Positions 23,972 through 32,559 are shown, counted from the stretch's first letter. The stretch: DNA of 42,371 bases from a virus (IMGVR_UViG_3300017690_000001:1-42371), one strand, 5' to 3'. Notes: a model not told the origin generated them from the letters alone. Numbers and translations: made by a program.

Positions 23972-24120
23972 GAATGAGATTGAATGAGATAATGATTTTG
24001 AAACCCACGGAAATCCGTCATTCCTCATTTCCTCATTCCCCGCCCCTCTAAAGAGGGGGCGGGGGAATGAGGACGAAAATGAGGGGTAACGACGGGTTTC
24101 CAGCAATGAGAGAAATGAGG
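23972..24120. repeat. Cluster of AATGAG(G) short repeats (6 plus-strand, 2 minus-strand copies, plus variants)
   Basis: Plus-strand copies start at 23973, 23983, 24066, 24078, 24105 and 24114. Inverted copies (ctcatt) lie at 24024-24029 and 24032-24037. Confidence 0.85.
24030..24073. other. Long GC-rich hairpin (about 20-bp stem with two 1-nt bulges, 3-nt loop)
   Basis: tcctcattccccgcccctct-aaa-gagggggcgggggaatgagga, read directly. No flanking U-tract on either strand. Confidence 0.7.
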
Positions 24121-24291
24121 ACGATGAAGACCACCGAAGTTGCCCGTATGCTAAGCCAAAAAGCTGAAGCGGGAGACTCGATTGCACTGGCCGCGCTGCT
24201 GGTATCCTACCGATTGAGCGAGCTGGATGACCGCCTGATGGCGATCGACGGAGTGCTGACCGAGATACGCAGGGCTATTCAGGAACAATGA
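24067..24291 (+). CDS. Hypothetical small protein; start ambiguous (in-frame ATGs at 24067, 24079, 24106, 24115, 24124)
   Basis: The ORF body (KTTEVARMLSQKAEAGDS...) is plausible. The best SD is GAGGA 24069-24073 for ATG 24079, but it lies inside the hairpin arm. Confidence 0.5.
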   Translation: MRTKMRGNDGFPAMREMRTMKTTEVARMLSQKAEAGDSIALAALLVSYRLSELDDRLMAIDGVLTEIRRAIQEQ

Positions 24292-24443
24292 CCACCCGCC
24301 GCTCCCCCACCCGCGACTGCCGAGACGGCACATGGCTACCCCCAGGGCATCAGGTGATGATCGCACCACGGCGGTCGATGCAGCGGCTGCGTTGCGATGG
24401 ATGGTGGCGGTTGCGGGCGAGCTATATCGAGACGTGGATATAA

Positions 24444-24466
24444 CCCCTCCCCCTCCCCCCTCCCCC
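24444..24466 (-). other. G-quadruplex / i-motif-capable tract (G5-A-G6-A-G5-A-G4 on the minus strand)
   Basis: The plus strand reads C4-T-C5-T-C6-T-C5, counted directly. Confidence 0.6.
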
Positions 24467-24506
24467 TGCCGTGGTTGTGGGGTGAGAAAAAAGTTGGTGG
24501 TGGGTG

Positions 24507-24529
24507 AGATAACTGTTGACGGGTTATCT
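24507..24529 (+). promoter_or_regulatory. Candidate promoter -35 (TTGAC 24516-24520) embedded in a 7-bp inverted repeat agataac/gttatct
   Basis: Read directly. It lies about 40 nt upstream of the SD/ATG of gene 24570. The -10 is weak. Confidence 0.3.
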
Positions 24530-24569
24530 AACTGGATGTAGAAGGGGTGCTACAAGACGGAGACAGACG

Positions 24570-24722
24570 ATGACCTACGCAGTGATCCAGACCGGCGAAA
24601 CCTTCAAGATCCTCAACACCAACAGCATGTGCGCTTACGGTTCGTTCGATAGCCGTCAGGAAGCAGAAGAGGCTATCGCAGAGTCCGCCAAGGCCGATCA
24701 GCTTTCCCGGTGCGGCCAGTGA
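24570..24722 (+). CDS. Hypothetical protein (50 aa)
   Basis: GGAG SD 7 nt upstream of the ATG (MTYAVIQTGETFKIL...). Confidence 0.5.
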   Translation: MTYAVIQTGETFKILNTNSMCAYGSFDSRQEAEEAIAESAKADQLSRCGQ

Positions 24723-24940
24723 GCCGCATCAATCAAAAGCAGGCCATGCGTGACGCGCTCCAGCTTACGGAGCGCAACCTTGGCTCGCTGATTGCGGCCC
24801 GACATCCTAATGCCGTGCTGATGAGTGACTGGCGCAACGTGGTTCGCAAGGCGTTGGGCCATTGGGTAGAACCCAAAGAATGTATCTGCGATCGATGCGG
24901 CATTCGTCATGGTATCGCACACACTCAAGGTGATTTCTAA
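24719..24940 (+). CDS. Hypothetical protein (73 aa) with C-terminal CxxC
   Basis: GTGA-coupled start. TAATG coupling to the next gene. Confidence 0.55.
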   Translation: MSRINQKQAMRDALQLTERNLGSLIAARHPNAVLMSDWRNVVRKALGHWVEPKECICDRCGIRHGIAHTQGDF

Positions 24941-25137
24941 TGCCCCTAACCAACGCACAAAAACAGGCAGCTTACGCCGCACGCCGGAAGATCAAACTCC
25001 AACGGCTGGCGGCGTACGAGGCGGCGCTGCGGGAGATTGCGAGTAGTGATTTCGGCTCAGTTGGCGGGTTGATTGCAAAAGCAATCGCAGAGGACGCCCT
25101 CAACGGCGCGAGTGGCAGACAGGGAGAGGTGGGATGA
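24940..25137 (+). CDS. Hypothetical small basic/helical protein (65 aa)
   Basis: Coupled at both ends. Confidence 0.55.
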   Translation: MPLTNAQKQAAYAARRKIKLQRLAAYEAALREIASSDFGSVGGLIAKAIAEDALNGASGRQGEVG

Positions 25138-25604
25138 TTGTGGATTGGGATTTGCCGATCGAGGCTTTTAACGCGAAAGGTGAAATCAAACCCGCAGCTA
25201 TTGTTTTGAACGATGGCGGCAAAATGCCGTGGTTAATCGAATACGATAATGGCGGCAGGATATGGGCTCGCCCGGATGGCACGACGGGAACGCAGTGGAT
25301 CATTCGCAACGTCGCCTCAGATGCCCCCACAAGACCCGAAAAGGCACCGCCAGACGCCGATACGGAAAATCAGCTGTCACAGGACACCCAGGGGCTTCAG
25401 ACGCGCTGTGAGGCGCTAATTCGCCATGCTGCTGTTTCAGCTAGTGGCCATACGCAAGAAGAAGCGCGCGCTATCGTCCGCGAACTCGACATTAGGCAAC
25501 TCATCACCGACCTCATGGCCAAGGACATGCCGGAGAGGGACAAGCTGGTCGCAGCGTTCGAGGCAGGACGCGCAGATCGTTTCGAATTGGAGAATGGGGC
25601 ATGA
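25134..25604 (+). CDS. Hypothetical protein; N-terminal domain paralogous to 25921..26529
   Basis: MIVDWDLPIEA...WIIRNVAS compares with MIRWDEPIEA...WRIRNVAQ in the second gene. Confidence 0.65.
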   Translation: MIVDWDLPIEAFNAKGEIKPAAIVLNDGGKMPWLIEYDNGGRIWARPDGTTGTQWIIRNVASDAPTRPEKAPPDADTENQLSQDTQGLQTRCEALIRHAAVSASGHTQEEARAIVRELDIRQLITDLMAKDMPERDKLVAAFEAGRADRFELENGA

Positions 25605-25924
25605 GCTTTTGGCGTTCAACACAACCGATCGCTGCTAAGCCGCATACGTGCGAGGCATGTAGGTCCGTCATCGCTATCGGTGAGCAGCACTGGAGCCACA
25701 CCGGCATGTCGGATGGCGAGTTCTACACCTACCGCTTGTGCAATCCCTGCGATGCGTTCGTCTCTTTCCTGCACAACGGCGACTTCGGCTTCGATGAAGG
25801 TGTCCCGATCAACGATTTGGGCGTGGAGGCTGGCGAAGTCCTCCGCGAAGACGAACCGCATCTGACGGCATTCATCGCGAGGCAGCAAGTCGCCCGCGCC
25901 ATTAAAATGGGAGAGGCAGCATGA
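25601..25924 (+). CDS. Zinc-ribbon-like protein (107 aa)
   Basis: CEAC ... CNPC pairs. ATGA-coupled at both ends. Confidence 0.6.
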   Translation: MSFWRSTQPIAAKPHTCEACRSVIAIGEQHWSHTGMSDGEFYTYRLCNPCDAFVSFLHNGDFGFDEGVPINDLGVEAGEVLREDEPHLTAFIARQQVARAIKMGEAA

Positions 25925-26529
25925 TCCGCTGGGACGAGCCGATCGAGGCTGTGCATGAGGATGGGTCTGTCGTGGCCATGAAGGTCGCGCAACTCAACGC
26001 AGGGACTTATGCGGACAATGACCATTGGTTGGCGACGGCGAATGACCAGCGCTTTCCCGGAGTCCCTGGTTCTTCATGGGGAAATTGGGCGCGCAAGGAT
26101 GGTCAGCTCAACGGTCAGCCCGGCTGGCGCATCCGCAACGTCGCCCAAGTCCCGGAAACGCCCATTGATGAAGGCAAGAGCGTAAACGAACTTTCTGGGT
26201 GCTATAAGGGTGTCATACATGAAATGACAGCAACGATATGGCTAATGACTCAGGGTTACCAAGTTTTCAAAAACGTTTGCCCAAGCGGGCCTATTGACTT
26301 GATAGCTATTCGTGACACCGAAATTATTAGAATAGATGTGAAGACTGCCACTCTCAAGCGTCAGGCTGATGGTGTAATGAGGTATAACGCTGCATTTTTA
26401 ACTCAGGAGCAAGAATCAATAGGTGTAAAAATGCTCCTTGCTCATAATGGTGTTATTTTGGGTTGGAGAGACGATGTTATAGATCCATCACGTTCACGGC
26501 GCGCTCTCGAAAAGGAGGCGGGGCGGTGA
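25921..26529 (+). CDS. Fusion protein: phage-native N-domain + PD-(D/E)xK nuclease domain (Hjc / PDDEXK_5-like)
   Basis: The C-terminal half reads HEMTATIWLMTQGYQVF...GPIDLIAIRDTEIIRIDVKT (E...D...D-x-K). That half is about 40% GC in a hand count, versus about 57% in the N-terminal half. Confidence 0.7.
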   Translation: MIRWDEPIEAVHEDGSVVAMKVAQLNAGTYADNDHWLATANDQRFPGVPGSSWGNWARKDGQLNGQPGWRIRNVAQVPETPIDEGKSVNELSGCYKGVIHEMTATIWLMTQGYQVFKNVCPSGPIDLIAIRDTEIIRIDVKTATLKRQADGVMRYNAAFLTQEQESIGVKMLLAHNGVILGWRDDVIDPSRSRRALEKEAGR

Positions 26530-26681
26530 TTGAAATCATCGACAAGCTTCGCTTCGAACGCATGCCGTTGGAGCGACGTATCGACATCGTGGTGTTGAAC
26601 GCCATTGCTGAAACGACAGCAACCATCGCCACGAAAGCCCGCATTCGCTTTGCCACCCCCACCCACCGAAAGGGAGAGTAG
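26526..26681 (+). CDS. Hypothetical protein (51 aa)
   Basis: GTGA-coupled GTG start (VIEIIDKLRFERMPLE...). Confidence 0.45.
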   Translation: MIEIIDKLRFERMPLERRIDIVVLNAIAETTATIATKARIRFATPTHRKGE

Positions 26682-26682
26682 C

Positions 26683-26829
26683 ATGATCCTGGATGACGAG
26701 GCTTTGGTGGAGCGGGTGGCTCGGGCGATTGCCATGGTTGAGAGCGACACCGACTGGAAATATTATCGACCAGAAGCGCTTGCCGCCATCGAGGCCGTGC
26801 GGGTGCATATGTGGGATGATGGGAAGTGA
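26683..26829 (+). CDS. Hypothetical protein (48 aa)
   Basis: GGGAGAG SD + ATG, 1 nt after the upstream stop. Confidence 0.5.
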   Translation: MILDDEALVERVARAIAMVESDTDWKYYRPEALAAIEAVRVHMWDDGK

Positions 26830-26908
26830 TCTGGCACCACTTCCAACGCGGCCTCGGCTGGGGCCTAGGCAGGGACTTGGCACGGGTGCTGATTAGGGCT
26901 ATCTTCCG

Positions 26909-27268
26909 GTGATGCCAGCAGGACGCCCCACCAAGTATGATCCTTCCTATTGCGAGGAAGTGATTGAGACGATGAAGCTGGGGCTGTCCCTGACGGCTTT
27001 CGCTGGTCGCATTCTCGTTGCACGGTCTACCGTTAATGAATGGATGGACCAGCACCCTGAATTTTCGGAAAGTGTACGCGTAGGGAAAGCTGCCAGGACT
27101 GCGGCGCTTGAAGAAGGTATGCTTGGAGCGGAAAGCGGACCGGCTGTTACGGCTCGTATGTTCGCACTCAAGAACGCAGATCCCGACGAATGGCGAGACA
27201 AGTCTGAAGTCAAGCAGACCATCACTATGAGCGAAGAGGCCGCCTCATGGCTGGGGCACAAGTCCTAA
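26909..27268 (+). CDS. terS: Terminase small subunit (HTH type)
   Basis: GRPTKYDPSYCEEVIETMKLGLSLTAFAGRILVARSTVNEWMDQHPEF is the typical TerS N-terminal HTH. It lies directly upstream of TerL. Confidence 0.75.
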   Translation: MMPAGRPTKYDPSYCEEVIETMKLGLSLTAFAGRILVARSTVNEWMDQHPEFSESVRVGKAARTAALEEGMLGAESGPAVTARMFALKNADPDEWRDKSEVKQTITMSEEAASWLGHKS

Positions 27269-28740
27269 ACCTTGCGGCCAAGCGTTGGCCAACTAAGCGT
27301 GATCGCTTGGCTGACGGTTTTTACAGCATCAAGGATAAAAACGGCGCCACTGTCCCGTTCCGCATGAATGAAGATCAGGCGAAGTTTATTGATGAACGCC
27401 ACGGTATGGACGTGGTGCTTAAGGCGAGGCAAAAAGGATTTACGACAGTCATCCAGATAGACATGCTGGATGACTGTCTGTTCATTCCCAACACTGCTGC
27501 CGGTGTGATCGCGCACAATCTCAACGACGCCAAGGCGTTTTTCGCGGACAAGATCAAGTTCGCTTACGACAAGCTGCCGGTCGAGTTCCGCGCCGTGGTG
27601 TCGGCTGAGCAGGACGCCGCGGACAGCATGAAGTTCAGCAACGGCTCCAGCATCCGCGTCGGCACGTCGTTGCGCTCAGGGACGCTCCAGAGGCTGCACG
27701 TGAGCGAATACGGCAAGCTGTGTGCCAAATACCCCGAGAAGGCCCGTGAGGTGCGTTCTGGCGCGTTTAACACGGTGCAGGCAGGCCAGCGGATCGTCGT
27801 GGAAAGCACGGCAGAGGGGCAGGCGGGGCATTTCTACGATCTGACGCAAAAGGCGCAGCAGAAGGCCGATGCCGGTACAACGTTGACCGCGCTCGACTTC
27901 AAGTTTCATTTTGCGCCGTGGTGGACCAGCGCGGAATATGAGCTGCATGAGGACGTGACGGTTACGTCGGAGTGGCAGGCGTATTTCGAGGATCTGGCGC
28001 ACAAGCACGGTATTCAGCTACGCCAGGAGCAGGTCGCCTGGTATATCAAGAAGGCTGAGCAGCAAGGCGATGACATGAAGCGCGAGTATCCCTCGACGCC
28101 TCAGGAAGCATTCGAGGCCAGCGTTGAGGGGGCGTACTTCGGCACTGAAATGCGCAAGATGCGGAAAGAGGGCCGCATCTGCCGTATCCCGATTATGGAA
28201 GCGCCGGTTTACACGACGTGGGATCTCGGCCTCAACGACAGCATGACGATCACGTTCTGGCAGGAACACGGGTTCGAGCGCCGCGCGATCGATTATTACG
28301 AGAACAGCGGCGAGGGATTCAACCATTACGCTGCCATATTGAACCGCAAAGGCTACAATTACAGCCGGCACTACATGCCGCACGACGCCGATCAGCGGTC
28401 TCTAACTGAGGTTGCCGACACGCGCCGGATGCATGCTGAGCGCGCCGGCATCAAGCCGATCGATGTGCTGAAGCGCATTGATACAGAGCAGGCCGGTATT
28501 GACGCTAGCCGGTCGTTCTTGGCTAAAGTGTGGATTGACGAGACACGATGCGCGCGATTGATCGCTTGCCTGGACAATTATCGCAAAGCTTGGGATGACA
28601 AGCTGGGCCAGTTCAAATCTTACGCATTGCACGATGAGTTCTCTCACGGGTATAAGAGCTTTGAGAGTGCTGCTATCCGGCCTGAAAAATCCGGTAGCGG
28701 GGCTTTGGACCTAAGCAAGTTGCGCCGGGGAGTTGTTTGA
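27247..28740 (+). CDS. terL: Terminase large subunit
   Basis: ATPase motifs KARQKGFTT, LHVSEYG and STAEG. Nuclease Asp motifs TWDLGLNDS, MPHDA and HDEFSHG. Confidence 0.9.
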   Translation: MAGAQVLNLAAKRWPTKRDRLADGFYSIKDKNGATVPFRMNEDQAKFIDERHGMDVVLKARQKGFTTVIQIDMLDDCLFIPNTAAGVIAHNLNDAKAFFADKIKFAYDKLPVEFRAVVSAEQDAADSMKFSNGSSIRVGTSLRSGTLQRLHVSEYGKLCAKYPEKAREVRSGAFNTVQAGQRIVVESTAEGQAGHFYDLTQKAQQKADAGTTLTALDFKFHFAPWWTSAEYELHEDVTVTSEWQAYFEDLAHKHGIQLRQEQVAWYIKKAEQQGDDMKREYPSTPQEAFEASVEGAYFGTEMRKMRKEGRICRIPIMEAPVYTTWDLGLNDSMTITFWQEHGFERRAIDYYENSGEGFNHYAAILNRKGYNYSRHYMPHDADQRSLTEVADTRRMHAERAGIKPIDVLKRIDTEQAGIDASRSFLAKVWIDETRCARLIACLDNYRKAWDDKLGQFKSYALHDEFSHGYKSFESAAIRPEKSGSGALDLSKLRRGVV

Positions 28741-28742
28741 GC

Positions 28743-30905
28743 ATGGCACCATTCGATAGCGAGACTGCCACTCTCAACGGCTGGGACATCCCCGCTGAGC
28801 CCGCGCCGGGTATCGACATGGACGAGCTGGTCGATGCGCTAGTCCGTGAGTCCGAAGCCGCCGACAGCGAATGGGAGCGGATGCGGGGGTATCAGGACCT
28901 TGCCCGCGATTATTACGAGGCGCGTCCGTTCGGCAACGAGGTCGAGGGCCGCAGCCAGATCATCTTGCCGGACGTGCAGGAGACGATCGATTACATGGTG
29001 CCGTCCGTGCTGCGGACGTTCATCAGCGGCGATAGGGTAGTGGAGTTCGAGGCGACCGACGAAGCCGACGAGGCGATGGCGGATGAGGCTACCGCGGCTA
29101 TCGGCTACAGCTTCATGCGCGATCAGGACGGCTACCGGGTGCTGCACGACTGGCTGACGTGCGGGCTGATGGAACGTTACGGCGTCACTAAGACGATGAT
29201 GGTGGATGAAGAGCGCGTCCTGCGTGAGCGCGTGACCATTGCGGATCCGGTGGAGTTGGAGGGGTTCGACGGCGAGATCGAGGACCAGCAGGACAACGGT
29301 GATGGCACGTTCACGCTGTCGCTGAAGACCGAGACGCGGCGCAAGCGCTTCGTGGCGGAGGCCGTGCCGGCAGAGGAGTTTCGCTACTCCGCGCGTGCGC
29401 GCCATGAGGACGAGGCAGATTATCTGGCGCATGTGTCGATCAAAACGCGCTCCGAGCTGGTGGACATGGGGTTCGAGCGCGAGCAGGTTTATGCGCTACC
29501 GACGTACAGCCGCCTGCCCGATGGCCGCAACGACGATCGTTACGATCCCGATCCGGAAAGCACGCCCGCGTTGCAGCAGGTGCAGCTTTGGGAGGAATAC
29601 GCGCGCATCGACATCGATGGCGATGGCATTGCCGAGCGCGTGAAGGTGTTTCGCGTCGAGCGCGACGTGATGCGTTGGGCTGATGGCGAGCATGCTATCG
29701 AGACCGTGGACGAGCAGCCGTTTGTGGTGTTCTGTCCGTTTCCGCGTCCGCACCGGCTGGTGGGCTATTCGCTGGCTGACAAGGTGATGGACATCCAACT
29801 TGCCCGTTCGACGGTAGCGCGGCAGTTGTTCGATGGCATGTACAACGCCAACATGCCGCGACCGATCGTGGCGGAGCGTGGATCCAGCGAGAACACGATC
29901 GACGATCTGCTGTCGCCTATCGCTGGCGCGCCGATCCGCGTGCAGGACGTTGGCGCGGTCACGGCGTATCAAAGCACGTTCGACGTGGGCAAGTCGCTGA
30001 CTGTCATGGAGTGGATGACGGGCGAGCGGGAATCGCGCACCGGCATTACCCGTCTCAACCAAGGCCTAGACGCCGACGCGCTCAACAAGACCGCGACCGG
30101 CACTGCTATGATGCAGGCGCAGGGGCAGCAGCAGGAAGAATATATTGCGCGCAACTTCGCGGAAGGATTGTCGCGGCTGTTCGGCAAGTCGTACCGCCTA
30201 CGCCGCCGTGAGGGCGATCCGTTCAAGATCAAGGTTGACGGGCAATACAAGCTGGTTGATCCCTCCAAGTGGCCAGAGGATGTCAATTTGGCTATCCGCG
30301 TCGGCTTGGGGACGGGTAGCAAGGACAAGCGGGTGCAGGCGCGCATGGCCTTGGCGCCTTTCCTTGCCGATGGCTTTCAGAATGGGTTGGTGAAGCCCAA
30401 GCAGCTATTCCACGCGATGGACGGGCTAGTGCGGGATCTAGGTATCGGGCAGGGGTCAGACTTTTGGCAGGATCCTGACGCACCGCCCGAGATTGGTCCG
30501 GACGGCCAGCCCGTGCAGGAGCAGGAACAGCCCGACCCTGAAGCTGTAGCGGCACAGGCTGAGCAGCAGCGCGAACAGGCCAAGATGGAGTTCGAGCAGC
30601 AGAAGGCGCAAGCCCAGATGCAGCTTGATCGCGAGAAGGCAGAGGCAACGCTGACGTTGCAGCAGCAGAAGGACGCCGCCGATATCCAGGCACAGCGGGA
30701 GCGTCATGCGCTGGAGATGGAGCAGCAGAGGGAGAAGGCGGCGCTGGAAGCTACGCTGGCTCGCGATAAGGCGTCTGCTGAGGCCGATATTGCCATTTAT
30801 CGCATCGACCGGGAGGCTGAGGTCAAGCGGTATGCTGCGGACCGCAATCAGGCGCAGGGCGATAATATTGGGCAGAACCGTGAAGGTGGAGCGTTAGATG
30901 CGTAA
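28743..30905 (+). CDS. Portal protein with long C-terminal coiled-coil (barrel-like) extension
   Basis: About 720 aa, immediately after TerL. The C-terminal ~130 aa is Q/E/A/K-rich heptad-like sequence. The ORF-track TTG start at 28737 is an alternative. Confidence 0.85.
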   Translation: MAPFDSETATLNGWDIPAEPAPGIDMDELVDALVRESEAADSEWERMRGYQDLARDYYEARPFGNEVEGRSQIILPDVQETIDYMVPSVLRTFISGDRVVEFEATDEADEAMADEATAAIGYSFMRDQDGYRVLHDWLTCGLMERYGVTKTMMVDEERVLRERVTIADPVELEGFDGEIEDQQDNGDGTFTLSLKTETRRKRFVAEAVPAEEFRYSARARHEDEADYLAHVSIKTRSELVDMGFEREQVYALPTYSRLPDGRNDDRYDPDPESTPALQQVQLWEEYARIDIDGDGIAERVKVFRVERDVMRWADGEHAIETVDEQPFVVFCPFPRPHRLVGYSLADKVMDIQLARSTVARQLFDGMYNANMPRPIVAERGSSENTIDDLLSPIAGAPIRVQDVGAVTAYQSTFDVGKSLTVMEWMTGERESRTGITRLNQGLDADALNKTATGTAMMQAQGQQQEEYIARNFAEGLSRLFGKSYRLRRREGDPFKIKVDGQYKLVDPSKWPEDVNLAIRVGLGTGSKDKRVQARMALAPFLADGFQNGLVKPKQLFHAMDGLVRDLGIGQGSDFWQDPDAPPEIGPDGQPVQEQEQPDPEAVAAQAEQQREQAKMEFEQQKAQAQMQLDREKAEATLTLQQQKDAADIQAQRERHALEMEQQREKAALEATLARDKASAEADIAIYRIDREAEVKRYAADRNQAQGDNIGQNREGGALDA

Positions 30906-31248
30906 CATTGCAGTCTGGCTCGTCACCTACCTCGCCCACCGTTTCAACATCGCACTGGTTGCTGAGCAGCGCATCGCCAACGGCACCGACAAGGTTGCGC
31001 GTGGTCAGCGGTATGAAGCTTTCTTTTACGAAGAGGACGGCCTGCGCGACATGTTTACTGCATTGCGTCGCGATTATTTCGAGAAGGTGGGCGATGTGAA
31101 GCCCGGCGATACGGATAGTCTGAAGGCGCTCGCGATGGCGGACAAGATCGCACGCGAGATCGAGCGTAAATTCCAGACTGTTATTGAAACTGGCAAAATT
31201 TATGGTAATGATACCCGCCATACGCAGAAGATTGCCAATATCCGGTAA
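30898..31248 (+). CDS. Hypothetical head-module protein (116 aa)
   Basis: ORF overlapping the portal stop by 8 nt. TAATG coupling downstream. Confidence 0.5.
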   Translation: MRNIAVWLVTYLAHRFNIALVAEQRIANGTDKVARGQRYEAFFYEEDGLRDMFTALRRDYFEKVGDVKPGDTDSLKALAMADKIAREIERKFQTVIETGKIYGNDTRHTQKIANIR

Positions 31249-31496
31249 TGGAGATGTATATGGACACGGCCTTCGCAAAGATTGTCACCGACTTAGTTGG
31301 CAAGGATCATATCCTGATTGAAGGTCGCATTATCGAGCTGGTTGGCGCATCCGATCAGGTAAACCCGATGGTTGAGGCGATTGTGCGAGGATTGCGCAAT
31401 GGCTTCCAGCAGGGATTGGCTCAGGCCACGGCGGTTTCTGTAGTTTCGCAGGGCGATGGATTTGCGGTCGCCGTTGACAGCAATAGTAATAATTAA
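31248..31496 (+). CDS. Hypothetical head-module protein (82 aa)
   Basis: Coupled start. Confidence 0.55.
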   Translation: MEMYMDTAFAKIVTDLVGKDHILIEGRIIELVGASDQVNPMVEAIVRGLRNGFQQGLAQATAVSVVSQGDGFAVAVDSNSNN

Positions 31497-31527
31497 AACC
31501 GCGCTACGGCGCACTTAGGAGCAGTTA

Positions 31528-32535
31528 ATGGCCCATCTCGACGTAGAAGCCGGCAACGCACCCATTGATGACATGGACAGTGCAGCCGCAGCAATTGGTG
31601 ATTTGAACCTAGGCGACGATGACAACATCCGCCGGGTAGAAGCGCGGGGGCAGGACGCTGGAAACGGTGACGATGCCGATGAGGACGAGGATCAGAGCGA
31701 CGACGGGGACGATAAAGACCTCGATGTCAGCGAAGATGAGGATGATGAGGGCGACGAATCCCACGGGACCATCGAAGCCCCCGTTAGCCTAACTGCCGAA
31801 GAGAAGGCTAAGTTTGCCGCGCTTCCCAAAGAGGCGCAGCAGTACGTAGCCGAACTGGAGGGCCGCAGGGCTTCCCAGGTCCAGACGGCAACCACGAAGG
31901 CAGCAGAGGCCCAGCGAACGGCGGAAGCCGCAGCAGCCCGTGCCGACGCAGTAGCGCAGGCGCGCTTTGCCGAGCAGATCAAGGTGGTTGCGGAAGCCTA
32001 TGCCCCGCAGGCTCCCGATCCGGCTTTGGCATACAGCGATCCTGGCGCTTATATTGCTCAGAAGGCGCAGTACGACCATGCCAAGGCCCAGCATGAAGAG
32101 CTTATGCAGCAGGCAACGTCGTTAGGCACTGACGCCGATACCGCGATGAGCGAAGCAGAGGTCGCGCAGCGCGATCGTGAGCTGTTGAGCATCCCCGAGG
32201 TCCAGAACGAGGCTACGCGGGAACAATTCTTCAGCAAGGCGATCGAAGCCGGCAAGAAGTTGGGTCTGGATATGAATCAGATCGGACATGCAACGGCCAG
32301 CGAACTGAAGGCGCTTCGTCAGGTGTCGGATTGGCAGGAAAAGGCGGCGAAGTACGACGCAGCCCTAGCCCGCAACATGCAGCGCGTTCGAGATGGCAAG
32401 AAAGCGCGGACGACCCGGCCCAACGCCGCCCAGCCTAGCAGCGGCGAAAAGACGGGATACCGCGAAGCACGGCAACGATTGGCAGCGAGTGGCGATGTTA
32501 AGGACGCCGCGCTGGCTATCGGACGCCTTGGTTAG
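31528..32535 (+). CDS. Scaffolding-like protein (acidic N-terminus, helical Ala/Gln/Glu-rich body)
   Basis: AGGAG SD. 335 aa, poly-D/E tract followed by coiled-coil-like sequence. It lies immediately upstream of the capsid gene. Confidence 0.6.
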   Translation: MAHLDVEAGNAPIDDMDSAAAAIGDLNLGDDDNIRRVEARGQDAGNGDDADEDEDQSDDGDDKDLDVSEDEDDEGDESHGTIEAPVSLTAEEKAKFAALPKEAQQYVAELEGRRASQVQTATTKAAEAQRTAEAAAARADAVAQARFAEQIKVVAEAYAPQAPDPALAYSDPGAYIAQKAQYDHAKAQHEELMQQATSLGTDADTAMSEAEVAQRDRELLSIPEVQNEATREQFFSKAIEAGKKLGLDMNQIGHATASELKALRQVSDWQEKAAKYDAALARNMQRVRDGKKARTTRPNAAQPSSGEKTGYREARQRLAASGDVKDAALAIGRLG

Positions 32536-32559
32536 CCCTTCTTTTCAGGACCAACGAAC

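Noticed and set aside
23972-24120. CRISPR-like or tRNA-like interpretation of the short repeats and hairpin.
   Set aside because: The repeat units are only 6-9 nt with irregular 1-27-nt spacing and mixed orientation, which is not a repeat-spacer array. The hairpin has no cloverleaf arms or anticodon-loop geometry. I saw no tRNA-like structure in any other intergenic gap.
24332-24541. 69-aa ORF in the 24292-24569 gap (contains PPPPPSP).
   Set aside because: It has no convincing SD and weak third-position GC bias in my hand check. The Pro run is simply the translation of the C-rich quadruplex tract. I treat the interval as probably non-coding regulatory DNA.
26830-26908. TGGCAC motifs upstream of the terminase genes that looked like sigma-54 -24 boxes.
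   Set aside because: Neither copy has a GC dinucleotide at the required GG-N10-GC spacing: TGGCACGGGTGCTGA places GC three positions too early, and the other copy is followed by CCAA. They are not supported as sigma-54 promoters.
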